Positions 25,634 to 38,586 of a stretch of 64,000 nt of DNA are shown here, in pieces; within the stretch, counting starts at the first letter, position 1, and every line of letters starts with the position of its first letter. The DNA is from Raja brachyura. Taxonomy: Eukaryota. A model generated the notes under the pieces. That model ran no database searches and was not told the origin of the DNA. It worked only from the letters and a program-made list of their open reading frames with translations. A program made the translations under genes and the position numbers. The DNA lies in the NCBI GenBank assembly GCA_963514005.1, contig OY740783.1, forward strand, positions 133,362,001-133,426,000, written 5' to 3'.

Positions 25634-26668
25634 GTAGGTATGTTGCAAAACTTACCTTTAGCGGCGCTGCACTTCTGCCGCTCCCCGTGTGCGCGATTTT
25701 GGCGCCTTTCCGAGGGGGGCGGGCTTAAAGTGCCGTTTTTCAACAGGCAGGCCAAATCGATGAATGTCGGGCGATTTGGTTGCGGAAGAAAAATCGCTCC
25801 GACATTTCATCAATGAAGGTATTTTTAAATTACTCTAAGTTATTTATTAACTAGAGTAATTTAAAAAGCACCTTCAAAAGCCGTGAGCACCGACAACTGG
25901 AAGGATTTAGCGTAGGGGAGAAGAAAAGGTAAATAGTTTTTTTTTATATTAAAAGTTGGTTTTTCGGGAGGCTTTAATAATATTTTTATGTTGCGAAATG
26001 GGCTCCCAAAAAATGTATGAACAAACAGTATTTTTCCCCCCGACTTCACCGCTAACCGCAGCGTTCCAATCCACCGCATTCCACTAAAACCCACTCGCTA
26101 GTTGATTTAAATGGCCATTAATTTACAGGAATCAAAAACTAAATTCCTTCCATTTAGCCCAGAAATTCATGAAAATGAGATTTTAAAATTATGTTATATT
26201 GTGGATTATTGTGTGAATGTTATTTGGATACTTAGGCAATTTAAAAAAAGTTTATCTTTTCTTAAGAAATGGATAGATGTTTAGATCTACTCATTGAATT
26301 TTGTAATTAGCTACAATTAGTTAACTAACTAATTATATGCTTTAATTTCAGGTTATCCAAGTAAGATTGTTTCATATTTGTTTCAGAATGCTTCAATCTA
26401 TAATAACTGAAAATTTCATTGAGTTCTCTTAATTAAAGAAAGTTATGGACTTTTAACTTTTCCAGATCACAGCTTTTGAGTTAAGTCAATTGAAAGGCAA
26501 TGGGGAGCAAGATGCTAATTTCCGAGTATGAAAATGGCCATAACTTTCTTAATACTGAAGATATGAAAGTAAATTAGGTGTCAAATTAAACTTCTTTTTA
26601 TGCTTTATCTGATGGGATAAATTGCAGACTTGATTTTTTAAATCTCAAAATTTTGTAACATTGCTATT
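25634..26668. mobile_element. About 1-kb non-autonomous TTAA-flanked DNA element (Kolobok/piggyBac-like target)
   Basis: ttaa|GTAGGTATGTTGCAAAA at left versus TTTTGTAACATTGCTAT-t|ttaa at right (imperfect TIR). No ORF. Confidence 0.5.
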
Positions 26669-26671
26669 TTA

Positions 26672-27903
26672 AGCCCCTGTCCCACTTAGGAAACCTGAAC
26701 GGAAACCTCTGGTGACTTTGCCCGCAACCCAAGGTTTCCATGAGGTTGCCGGAGGTTTTGGTCACTCTCCCTAATGGTCGAAAGTGGTTTCCACTTGGTC
26801 GAGGCTTCATCTAGGTTGCTGCTATTTTTTATCATGTTTAAAACCGACCTCGACTAAAAATAGGTTGCCATTTTAAAAATCAATAATTTTTTAGTCGCAG
26901 GTCTATTCAAAGCCGGTTTTCTTCACAGTCGAGGAAGGTTTTCAACATATGTGTACGAGGTGGTAAGAGGTTGCAGGTCACCTCGACCTTGATTGTTTTT
27001 TGGGTGGCGGGCAAGGTCACCAGAGGTTGCTGTTTAGGTCTTCTAAGTGGGACAGGGGCTTAAAGCCTCTGTCCCACTGAGAAAACCTGAACGGAATGTA
27101 CTGGTGACCTTGCCCGCGACTCAAGGTTTCCATGAGGTCGCTGGAGGTTTTGGTCACTCGCCTGGAAAGTGTCGAGCTGGATCAACCGAAGNNNNNNNNN
27201 NNNNNNNNNNNNNNNNNNNNNNNNNNNNNNNNNNNNNNNNNNNNNNNNNNNNNNNNNNNNNNNNNNNNNNNNNNNNNNNNNNNNNNNNNNNNNNNNNNNN
27301 NNNNNNNNNNNNNNNNNNNNNNNNNNNNNNNNNNNNNNNNNNNNNNNNNNNNNNNNNNNNNNNNNNNNNNNNNNNNNNNNNNNNNNNNNNNNNNNNNNNN
27401 NNNNNNNTAAACGGCTGCCACAGAACACGGTAAGTCATTTAGACAGGGGGCGGGGGGGGGGGGGGGTGAGAAGCATAGAGAAGCAGAGAGAAGGGGAGAG
27501 AGAAGGAGAGAGCAGGGGGAGATAAGGGAGAGAAAACTGGGGAGAAGGGGGGGAGAAGGAGTGGGGACAGTTTTAAGAAGTTTAGCGGGCATTTTACCTA
27601 CAGGTGGGTCTTCTTGAGCCAATCAAAATGGCCGGTCAGCGAAGGAGATGGCCTTCGACTGCCTGTAAGTAAACAGCGAGCCCACTCCACTGGCTTCAAC
27701 CAAACCGCAACCTATTTTTAGTCGAGGCCGGTTTTGATTTTGTTGAAACAATCGAAGCAACCTAGATGAAGCCTTGACCAAGCGGAAACCACTTTTGACC
27801 ATTAGGGAGAGTGACCAAAACCTCCGGCGACCTCATGGAAACATTGTGTCACGGCAAGCTCACCAGAGGTTTCCGTTCAGGTTTCCTAAGTGGGACAGGG
27901 GCT
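26672..27903. mobile_element. Two abutting PIF/Harbinger-like MITEs (26672-27060 and 27064-27903)
   Basis: AGCCCCTGTCCCACT TIRs separated and flanked by TTA/TAA. Confidence 0.75.
27192..27407. other. Assembly gap (intron 2, within a MITE)
   Basis: Run of N. Confidence 1.
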
Positions 27904-29214
27904 TAACACTACCTTACACGCACTAGGGATAATTTACAGAAGCCAATTAACCTGCAAACCTGCACATTTTTGGAGTGTGGCAGGAAATCGGAGCACTCGG
28001 AAAAAACCCACGCGGTCACGGGGAGAACGCACAAAACTCCGTACAGACAGCACTTGTAGTCGGGATCGAAGCCGGGTCTCTGGCGCTGTGAGGCAGCAAC
28101 TCCACTGCTGCGCCACCGTGCCACTCTTCATGGTAGGCTGACTCAGAAGGATTAATGGTGCCATGACCATTTGGATTCAGAACTAATTTACTGATAGAAG
28201 ACAGAGGGTTGTGGTGAAGAGACCCCAGCAATCCGGGGAGGTAAATGAACAGATGACCTTTCACATCGGTTCCTTTCTTCAGTCTGACGGAGTAGAGGGG
28301 AGATTGCTGTAGAGAGAGGTGAGGGGAAGTGGTGGTGCAAGAGCTGGCAAGTGATAGATGGAAGGTAGACACAAAATGCTGGAGTAACTCAGCAGGACAG
28401 GCAGCATCCCTGGAGAAAAGGAATGGGTGATGTTTTGGGTGGAGACCCTTCTTCAGACTTTGGACAAGTGATAGATAGATCCTGGTGAGGAGAGGGATGA
28501 GTGAGGTGGCGGAAGAAGGGTAGACGTAGTGACCAAGGCTGGAGATGGTCAGTGGGGAAGACTAAAGGGTGTAGAGGGTGGAATCTGATAACGAAGGTGG
28601 GGAATGTTATAAAACGTGGAACATCGAGCAGTACAGCACAGGAGGATGCTTCATTCCAAAATGTCTGTGCCGAACATGAAGCCAAATTAAATTCATCTTC
28701 TTTGCTTGCACACAATCCATATCCCTCCATTTCCTGCATATCCATGTGCCTATCTAAAGGCCTCTTAAACACCACTATAGTATCTGCCTCCACCACCACC
28801 CCTGGCAGTGCATTCCAACTTGCCCATGCCAACCAAGATGCCCATCGAGACTAGTCCCACCTGCTTGCGTTTGGCCATTTTAACATTTCCTATCCATGTA
28901 CCTATCCAAATGTCTTGCGATAATACCTGCCTCAGCTACCACCTTTGGCAGCTCATTCTATACACCCAACCCGTTTGTGTACAATAGTTACCCCTCAGGT
29001 ACCTATTAAATCTTTCCCCCCTCACCTACCTTTCTCCTCTCGATTCCCCTACTCTGGCCAGAAGGCTCTGTGCATTTACCCCATCTATTCCCGTCACGAT
29101 CTTATACACCTCTGCAAGGTCACCCCTCATCTTCCTGTGCTCCACAGAATAAAGTCCTAATCTGCCCAACCTTTCCCTATAGCTCAGGTCCTGGCAACAT
29201 CCTCGTAAATCTTG

Positions 29215-32200
29215 GAGATGGGACTCAACTGGCGTTGGGCAGAGCCACAGTGGTGGGTAACTCCATTGTCCGAGGAGCAGACAGGAGATTCTGTGGTGGC
29301 AGATGAGACGTGAGGATGGTCTGTGGCCTCCCTGGTGCCAGGGTTCAGGATGTCACGAGCCAAATTCAGAACATCCTCGAGAGAGAAGGTGAACAGCCGG
29401 CAGTAGTTGTGCACGTAGGCACAAACGTCATCGGGAAGAAGAGGAAGGGGGTTTTCCAACATGACTTCTGAGAGTTAGGATGAAGACTGAAAAGCAGGAC
29501 TTCTAGGGTGATTATCTCTGGATTGCTTCCAGTACCTCGTGCTAGTGAGGACAGGAACAGGGAGATAGGGGATGTGAATGTGTGGCTGAGGGGCTGGTGC
29601 AGGGAGCAAGAATTTAGATGTATAGACCACTGGGATCTCTTCTGGGGTAGGGGTGACCTGTCCAAATAGGACGGGTTACACCTTAACTGGAGGGGGACTG
29701 ACATTCTGGCAGGCAGGTTTGCTAGGGCTACACGTGTGGGTTTAAACTAAATAGTGGGGGGGGGGAAGGGTTGACAAATTGGGAGTATAAAGGTAGAGTT
29801 GAAGGGGAAGGGAAAAATTAAGAAAGATTCTCAAATTATTGGGAAGGAAAGTTCGAGAAGGGATAAAGGAGTAAGGTCAGGGCCAATTGCGAGCGGTGCG
29901 AGAACGGAGGTGTATACTGAGGTCAAAGTGTTGTATATGAATGTGCAAAGTATAAGGAATAAAGTGGACGAGCTTGATGCTCAGTTAGAAATTGGCAAGT
30001 ATGATGTTGCAAGGGTACACCTCCTATCGAAAAGACACAGGTGGGCAGAGAGCATGGGGTAGCCCTGTTGGTGAGGAATGAAATTCAGTCCCTTGCAAGG
30101 GGTGACATTGAAACAGGAGATGTGGAGTCAGTATGGATAGAACTAAGGAATTGTAAGGGTAAAAAGACCCTAATGGGACTTATCTGCAGGCCCCCAAGCT
30201 GTAGCCTGGACATAGGGCACAAGTTGAATCAGGAGTTAAAATTGGCATGTAGCAAAGGTAATGTTGCAGTTGTTATGGGAGATTTCAACACACAGGTAGA
30301 CTGGGAAAATCAGGTTGGTACTGGACCCCAAGAAAGAGACTTTGTAGAGTGCCTTTGTGATGGATTCTTAGAGCAGCTTGTATTGGAGCCTACCAGGGAG
30401 AAGGCAATTCTGGATTTAGTGTTATGTAATGAACCGGATTTGATCAAGGAACTTGAGGTTAATGAGCCATTAGGAGGCAGTGACCATAACATGGTCGGGA
30501 TTAATCTATAATTGGAGAGAGAGAAGGGTAGATAGGAGGTGTCTATGTTGCAGTTGAATAAAGGGGACTACGGGGTCATGGAGGAGGAGCTGGCCAAAGT
30601 TGACTGGAAAGATACACTAGCAGGGATGAACATGGAACAAAAATGGTAGGTATTTCTAGGAATAATACAGAAGGTGCAGGATCAGTTCATTCCTAGGAGG
30701 AAGAAAGATTCACAGAGGAGTAATGTGCAACCGTGGCTGACAAGGGACGTCAGGGACAGTATAAAAATTAAAGAGAAGAAGTACAACATAGCAAAGATGA
30801 GTGGGAAGCAAGAGGATTGGGTAATGTTTAAAGAGCAACAGAAGATAACTGAAAAGGCAATACGGGGAGAAAAGATGAGGTACGAAGGTAAGCTAGCCAA
30901 GAATATAAAGCAGGATAGTAAAAGCTTGTTTAGGTATGTGAAGAGGAAAAAAATTAGTTAAGACCAAAGTTGGACCCTTGAAGTCCGAAAAAGGTGAATT
31001 TATTATGGGGAAAAGGAAATGGGAGATGAGCTGAACAGGTAATTTGGATCTGTCTTCACTAAGGTGGACACAAACAATCTTCCTGGTGTACTAGTGGCCA
31101 GAGGATCTGGGGTGATGGAGGAACTGAAGCAAATCCACTTTAAGCAGGAAATGGTGTTGGGTAGACTGATGGGGCTGAAGGCTGATAAATCCCCAGGGCC
31201 CGATGGTCCATCCCAGGGTACTTAAGAAAGTGGCTTTAGAAATCGTGGATGCATTGGTGATAATTTTCCAATGTTCTATAGACTCAGGATCAGTTCCTGT
31301 GGATTGGAGGGTAGCTAATGTTATCCCACTTTTTAAGAAAGGCCGGAGAGAGAAAACGGGGAATTACAGACCAGTTAGCCTGACATCGGTGGTGGGGAAG
31401 ATGCTGGAGTCAATTATAAAAGATGAAATAGCCGCACATTTGGATAGCAGTAACAGGATCGGTCCGAGTCAGCATGGATTTACGAAGGTGAAATCATGCT
31501 TGACTAATCTACTGGAATTTTTTGAGGACGCAACTACGAAAATGGACAAGGGAGGGCCAGTGGATGTAGTGTACCTGGACTTTCAGAAAGCATTTGATAA
31601 GGTCCCACATAGGAGATTAGTGGGCAAATTTAGGGCACATTGTATTGGGGTAGATTGCTAACACGGATAGAAAATTGGTTGGCAGACAGGAAACAAAGAG
31701 TAGGGATTAACGGGTCCCTTTCAGAATGGCAGGCAGGGACTAATGGGGTACCGCAAGGCTCGGTGCTGGGACCGCAGCTATTTACCATATGCATCAACGA
31801 TTTGGATGAAGGGATTCAAAGTAACATTAGCAAATTTGCAGATGACACAAAGCTGGGTGGCAGTGTGAACTGTGAGGAGGATGCTATGAGAATGCAGGGT
31901 GTCTTGGACAGGTTGGGGGAGTGGGCAGATGCATGGCAGATGACGTATAATGTAGATAAATGTGAGGTTATCCACTTTGGTATAAAATACAGGAAGGCAG
32001 ATTACTATCTAAATGGCGTTAAGTTGGGAAAAGGGGAAGGACAACGGGATCTGAGGGGTTCTTGTTCATCAGTCTATGAAAGTAAGCATGCAGGTACAGC
32101 AGGCAGTGAAAAAAGTGAATGGCATTTTGCTGTCGAGTATAGGAGCAAAGAGGTCCTTCTGCAGTTGTACAGGGCCCTAGTGAGACCACACCTGGAGTAT

Positions 32201-32740
32201 GGTGTGCCGTTTTGGTCCCCTTATTTGAGGAAGGACATTCTTGCTATTGAGGGAGTGTAGCAAAGGTTAATTCCCGGAATGGCGAGACAGTCGTATGCTG
32301 AGAGAACGGAGCGGCTGGGCTTGTATACTCTCGAATTTAGAAGGATGAGAGGGTATCCCATTGAAACATATATGATTATTAGGAGTTTGGACACGCTAGA
32401 GGCAGGAAATATGTTCCCGATGTTGGGGGAGTCCAGAACCAGGGGCCACAGTTTAAGAATAAGGGGTAAGCCATTTAGAATGGAGACGAGGAAACACTTT
32501 TTCTCACAGTGCGTTTTGAGGCTGTGGAATTCTTTGCTTCAGAGGGCAGTGGAGGTCGGTTCTCTGAATACTTTCAAGAGAGAGCTAGATAGGGCTCTTA
32601 AAGATAGCGGAGTCAGGGAATATGGGGAGAAGGCAGGAACGGAGTACTGATTGTGGATGATCAGCCATGATCACATTGAATTGCGGTGCTGGCTCGAAGG
32701 GCTGAATGGTCTACTCCTGCACCTATTGTCTATTGTCAAG
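29215..32740 (+). mobile_element. Near full-length degenerate CR1 LINE (SGNH-esterase ORF1 remnant plus APE-RT ORF2)
   Basis: VVGNSIVRG...VHVGTN esterase blocks, VMGDFN, SDHN, NYRPVSLTS, LDFQKAFDKV, GVPQGSVLGP, KFADD, (ctattgt)n tail. Many stops and frameshifts. Confidence 0.93.
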
Positions 32741-33751
32741 TGGAGCCTTATTAAATGACTTGCTGAAGTCCACAGAGGCAGAGGTTACGGATTTGGCCTC
32801 GTCAACCTTGTTGGGTGCCTCTCCAAAAAACTCAATCAGATTTGTGAGACAATCTCCCACGTACAAAACCATGCTGACTCTCCTTAATCAGTCCCTGTCT
32901 ATCCAAATACATATCTTATACCTCAGAATACTCTCCAGTAACTTGCCTACCAAAGATGTTAAGCTCATTGGATTGTAGTTTGCAGGCTTTTCCTTGCAGC
33001 CCTTTCTAAATTTGGGAAGTCTAACAAGGGCAGGACCTGAAGAGTGAATGGTAGGCCTCTGGGGAGTGTTGTGCAGCAGAGGGATATAGGTTCCTTGAAG
33101 GTCGAGCCGCAGGTAGATAAGGTGGTCAAAAATACTTTAGGCACATTGGCACCTCCTTCTAGCTAACAATGATCTATTTTACATTTTCCTTGAACTTATC
33201 CTCTTTGATGTCTCCTTTTCACACCTTACACTTCATTATCTTTGTGTCTCCTTCTCCCCTGAAGAAATGTCTCGACCCAAAAACATCACCCATTCCTTCT
33301 CTCCAGAGATGCTGCCTGTCGCGCTGAGTTACTCCAGCATTTTATGTCTATCTTCAGTGTAAACCAGCATCTGCAGTTCCTGATGCTGGTTTACACTGAA
33401 GATAGACACAAGATGACTTTGAAGCATGGGTAGGGGAGGGATGGAGAGAGAGGGGATGCGAGGGCTACTTGGTTAGAGTATTCAATCTTCAAGGTACAGA
33501 GGGTGGTGGATGTATAGAGCGAGCTGCCAGAGGAGGTAGTTGAGGCAGGGACTATAACAACATTTAAAATACATTTGGACAGGTACATGGATACAAAAGG
33601 TTTAAAGGGATGTGGGTCAAATAATGGGCAAATCGGTTTAGTGTAGATGGGTCGGCATGGATGAGTTGGGCTGAAGGGCCTGTTTCCCTGCTGTGTAACT
33701 CTATGAATCACTGTACAAGATGCAGCGACAGTCTCTGAACATTGTTCTCAC

Positions 33752-34144
33752 CTTCCACAGTCAGCTGCGTGAGAATCGCAGATTGAAATTTCCCAACAGT
33801 GAGCTCCACGCGGCACCGGTAGTTATCACTGTCCTTCTCTCTCAGTGGCTCCACCATTATCGAGGCATCTCCCTCTGTGAGGTTCCCCATGAATTTGAAC
33901 CGACCTCCTCCGGCATTCTGTGTCACTTCATCACATCGGGAGTGGCCGGGACCGGCATATGTGCAGTTAATCACAAGGCTGGGAAGCTTGGGAGTCTTTG
34001 ATGGCAACTTGTGCCACATCACGGAGCCGGTGACGTTGTCATCAGTGGGTGGGTAGGTGAATGTACACGGCAACACAGCAGGGGCCCCTTCCATGGCAGA
34101 TACCTCAACAGCACTGGACATTGTCCAACCACTTTGTGAAACGT
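33752..34144 (-). CDS. Exon 2, Siglec-15-like V-set Ig domain (V1)
   Basis: Acceptor (ct)n-ccag, donor GAAG|gtgag, 393 nt, phase 1-1. WTMSSAVEVSAMEGAPAVLPCTFTYP...VMW...INC...SRC...GRFKFMGNLTEGDASIMVEPL...DSDNYRCRVEL follows the Siglec-15 V pattern (WSM..EVSA..G..AVLPCTFTHP, extra Cys pair, RF..LGN...D.SL, YFCRVE). Confidence 0.92.
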
Positions 34145-34190
34145 CTGGAGAGAGAGAGAGAGAGAGAGGTGAATAATAGAACAACAGGGG

Positions 34191-34470
34191 TCCAGGCAGC
34201 GGGCGGTCGACGGTCAGGCGAGAGTAGGCTGCCTGCCCCTCTTTTGGGCCTACGTCCGTGCACGTGTGTCCCTGGAGAGGGAACACGCGGTGTCCATGGG
34301 GACGCTGGAGGCCTTCCGTCAACGCTGGTCACCGCGTGGGGTTGAGGCTATTATAAACAATGATTGTACTGTTGTACTACAATGATCTGTTCGTTATAGT
34401 GTGATTTTGATTATGTTTTGATGTGTTGTATTTTATGAATGTGTTGAATAAGGTTTTGAAAAAAAAAAAA
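34191..34470 (+). mobile_element. 5'-truncated Tx1-like LINE with poly(A) and 16-bp TSD
   Basis: aatagaacaacagggg at 34175-34190 and 34471-34486, A-tail before the second copy. Confidence 0.8.
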
Positions 34471-34709
34471 AATAGAACAACAGGGGAAGAAACACAGGTT
34501 CCAGAGCCACACTGCGCTTGGACTGGAGTCACAAGTGGCACCACCAGTTGTCGGTGATACTGATTTACACATCAACGCAGGGGAGTGGGTTACAGCCAGA
34601 AACAAAGTCCCAGAGGAAGGAACTCAGCAGGTCAGGCACCATCTGCGGAGGCAATGAAGAGGAAATATTTTAGGTGGGGGCCCTTCTTCAGACAGATGGC
34701 AGTTGGCCG

Positions 34710-36719
34710 CAAAGATTATACAGGAGCAAGATAGGCCACTCCTCCGGAATCCAATGGACTGGTGTGTAGTACATAACGGAACGTCACGGCCGCCATTTTG
34801 GCGGTATGCCTCCCGCTGTGTAATCCGCTCCAAAGCTGCAGAGCAGTTGCAAGTGAGATGCCCGTAAACAGGAATGTTTCATTGACTTTTGAATAAAAGA
34901 TATTTTGATGTGGACTTTTATTGCATGCGTTTGTCTATGGCAGGCAATGTAAATTGCCGTTGGGTTAGTGTCAAACATTTACTGATTCATATACGTTTAC
35001 ATGTAAAATAGTAGCTTCAAAGATCCTTCGATCCGCTCCATCATCCTTGGTGTAATCAGTGTTGTAGGGAACAGTGTTTGATATAGCGCATCTATCACCT
35101 CACATATTTTAGTTAATTTAATTGTAATGTTTTCCCCCTGTTCCCCCATCTCCCTCCCATCTTTCGTCCCCAGCCCCCACCTTTGCATGGTTTCCCTTGC
35201 ATTGCATTGTACAGCTTCCCTTGTATTGCTTTAACACACACTGTGCACAAAATTACAGGCACACACAAACACACATTCATGTAAATATATGGTGGGACAG
35301 ATAGAAGAGCTTATTAAAATCTTCTTACAAAGACCATTATGTAATTTCTTTCTATCCTCTTTTGGATGTAAGGCATAGCAGGGCTGCCAACTCTCACACA
35401 GAGGGAAGGGAGGGAGAGAGGGAAGGGAGGGGGATCAAGAGGGGAGAGAGAGAGAGAGAGAGATCGAGAGGGGAGAGAGAGATCGAGATAAGCGAGAGAT
35501 CGAGAGAAGAGGGGGGATCGAGAGAAGAGAGAAAGATCGAGAGAAGAGAGGGGAGAGAGAGATCGATAGAAGAGAGGGGAGAGAGATTGAGAGGGGATAG
35601 AGAGTGATCGAGAGGTGAGAGATAGAGAAGAGAGGGAGATCGAGAGAGATCGAGAGGGGATAGAGAGCGATCGAGTGGGGAGATATAGAGAAGAGAGGGG
35701 ATAGAGAGGGATCGAGAGGTAAGTAAAGATATATTACAAATAAATTTAATAACTTTCTAATGCATCTTGCTCCTCTATAATCATTGCTTGCAACTGCTCT
35801 GTCGGTTTGGAGCGGGTTACACAGCGGGAGATTGAGAGACAAATATTATAGAGGAGCCTAGTTTCCCAATGATGTAGACGCCATAGTTGACGCCATCTCT
35901 GGTCCGCTAAAATGGCGTCGACAATCACACATGTGATACTACGCTTTTTCCACTGAGTGGCGCATCTTGCTCCTCTATAATCTTTGCTGCAGAAGCCGCT
36001 GCAGTGGGCGGCGTCCACTAAAGTGCAAGGGGAACAACAAGGGTGATTGGAAGATCAGGAATTTATCCTTAGCAAATGAGAGGGCCGTTCAGTAGTCTGA
36101 TAATGGCGGGGAAGAAGCTGTTCCTGAGTCTGTGCTTTCAAGGGCCGGGACCCTTCTTCACTTGCCAGGTTTTGTCCTGCCCCCACTTCACTCTATCAAC
36201 TTTCTCCTCCACCTCCGGCCAACCAAAGATTATAGAGCAGCAAGATGCGCCACTCATTGGAAAAGGCGTAGTATCACATGTGTGATTGTCATTACAAAAC
36301 ATTACAATTAAATTAACTAAAATATGTGAGGTGATAGATGCGCTATATCAAACACTGTTTCCTACAACACTGATTACACCAAGGATGATGGAGCGGATCG
36401 AAGGATCTTTGGAGCTACTATTTTACATGTAAACGTATATGAATCAGTAAATATTTGACACTAACCCAACGGCAATTTACATAGCCTGCCATAGACAAAC
36501 GCATGCAATAAAAGTCCACATCAAAATATCATTTATTCAAAAGTCAATGAAACATTCCTGTTTACAGGCATCTCACTTGCAACTGCTCTGCAGCTTTGGA
36601 GCGGATTACACAGCGGGAGGATACCTCCAAAAATGGCGGCCGTGACGTTCTGTTACGTACTACACACCAGTCCATTGGATTTCGGAGGAGTGGCCTATCT
36701 TGCTCATCTATAATCTTTG
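34710..36719. mobile_element. Two oppositely oriented copies of an unclassified TIR element (34710-35986, 36224-36719) with CAAAGATTATA termini; (GA)n-rich tract 35400-35720 inside the first
   Basis: 34710-35129 is the near-perfect reverse complement of 36295-36719. Each copy has about 30-bp TIRs. Confidence 0.75.
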
Positions 36720-38268
36720 CTCTGCAGTCCGTCCGTCTTTTTTTTATTTTTGTCCCGTTGAATGTATAGTTGGTTGTGGTTTTTATATTGTTTTGAGCTG
36801 TGTATATGTGGGGGGAGGAGTGGGGGAAACACGTGGAAAGCTGTGGTGGCGCGCCGCTGCGACCCGACTTCGGAGCTTCGTAGGCTCCGGCCTCAGGAAC
36901 ATCGGGAGCTCGCGTGTCCCTAGTGGGAGACCGCTTTTCGAATCTCCTGCAACGGCAACTTCTGCGGGGTTGAAAATGACCCGGAGACGGGCCCTACGTT
37001 GCCCGCCAGGAGCTTTAACATCGGGACAGGATGGAGAGCAGGGGAGAGACAAGACTTTGCCTTCCATCACAGTGAGGAGGAGATTCACTGTGATGGATGT
37101 CTGTGTGAATTTAGTTGGTTGTGTGTCTTGTGAAATTGTTTCTTCTTCTTGTATGGCTGCAGAAACCAAATTTCATTTGAACCTCATTTCAAATGAGGTT
37201 CAAATGACAATAAACAACTTGAGGTTCAAATGACAATAAACAATTGTATAATTGTATAAAATTGTATGTATAAGTTACCCCAGCACTTTGTGTCTATGCC
37301 CAAAGTCACGTCTGGTTTAATACCTTGCACAACCTTGGAAATGATGTTGAACCAAATTGGTGATTCAGACTGTGAATAGCTGGGTCTCACAGCTCCAGAG
37401 ACCCTGGTACAGAGTTTTTACTTTCTCCCTGTGACTGTGTGGGTTTTCTCCGGGTGCTCCGGTTTCTTCCCACACATCCAAAGATGTTTGGCAGGTTAAT
37501 TGGCTTCGGTAAAATTGAAACTTGTCGTTGGTGTGTAGGATAGAACTAGTGTGGGGGGTGATCGCAGGTCGGCGCGGACTCGGTGGGCCAAAGGGACTAT
37601 TTCCATACTGTATGTTTGAAGTCTAAATATGGTCCTGGCATCCTGTTTGGCACAGATATTGTGGGGTGAAGGGCCATGTTTGTGCTGTACTGTTCTACCA
37701 GATATGTTCCAAGACCGTGGCAACTGGTCTAGAGTGTTGCGAGGTTTACAGAATGGCTTGGGTTGGGTTCAAAAGTGCCTTCTAGAATGGTGACGGGGGC
37801 AGGGCAGCTGTAATACCAGTGGTTCTCGATTTCTGAGTATTTCTTTTCCACATTGCTTCCTCCTCTCTAGCCATCTTACATGAGTCAGCACCACTCTTTA
37901 ATGTGAGAAACAGTCTGGAGAAGGGTTACGAGCTGAAAAAACGTCACCTCTTCATGTTCACCAGAGATTCTGCGTGACTCACTGAGTTACTCCAGCACTC
38001 TGTGTCAATTGTTGATCCAATTGCTTATTGTATTCAGTATCCCCAGCCCTTCAGCCCAACTTGTGCTTGCCAGTCAAGAACTCTACCTGAGCTTTTAGTT
38101 TAATTTATTGTCACGTGTACTGATGTATAGTGAAAATCGTTTTTGTTGCATGCTATCCAGTCAGCAGATGGACTGTACGTGATTACAATCGAGCCGTCCA
38201 CAGTGTACAGATAAAGTATAAAGGAAATAACATTTAGTGCAAGATAAGTCAGCAAAATCAGATTAAAT

Positions 38269-38586
38269 AGGGCCTGTCCCACTGTACGATGTAATTCAAG
38301 AGTTCTCCCGAGTTTCCCCTGATTCGAACTCGGAGAATTACGGTAATAAGCGCTCGTAGGTACTCAGGGCTCTCGTGGACATCTTTCAACATGTTGAAAA
38401 ATCTTCACGAGTCTTCCCGAGCTTAATGCGTTTCCCGAGTACCTTCCGTTAGTGTTACGAGCCGCTAAGAAGCGTCCACGAGCTCCGACGTACCCGTTAC
38501 GTTCATTTTACGTAGTTACCACGAGTTTGAATTTTTTTTAAACTCGGGAAAGCTCTTAGATTACCTCGTACAGTGGGACAGCCCCT
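38269..38586. mobile_element. PIF/Harbinger-like MITE
   Basis: AGGGCCTGTCCCACTGTACGA ... TCGTACAGTGGGACAGCCCCT, followed by TAA. Confidence 0.75.

Noticed and set aside
33752-34144. Assigning the symbol SIGLEC15
   Set aside because: The domain is similar, but the architecture differs (V-V, no C2, no TM Lys, ITIMs) and orthology cannot be shown without phylogeny or synteny.
24767-34144. Rearranging Ig/TCR/IgNAR V segments
   Set aside because: Each V exon includes its own G strand and ends at a splice donor. No heptamer-nonamer RSS, J motif or C1 exons were seen.
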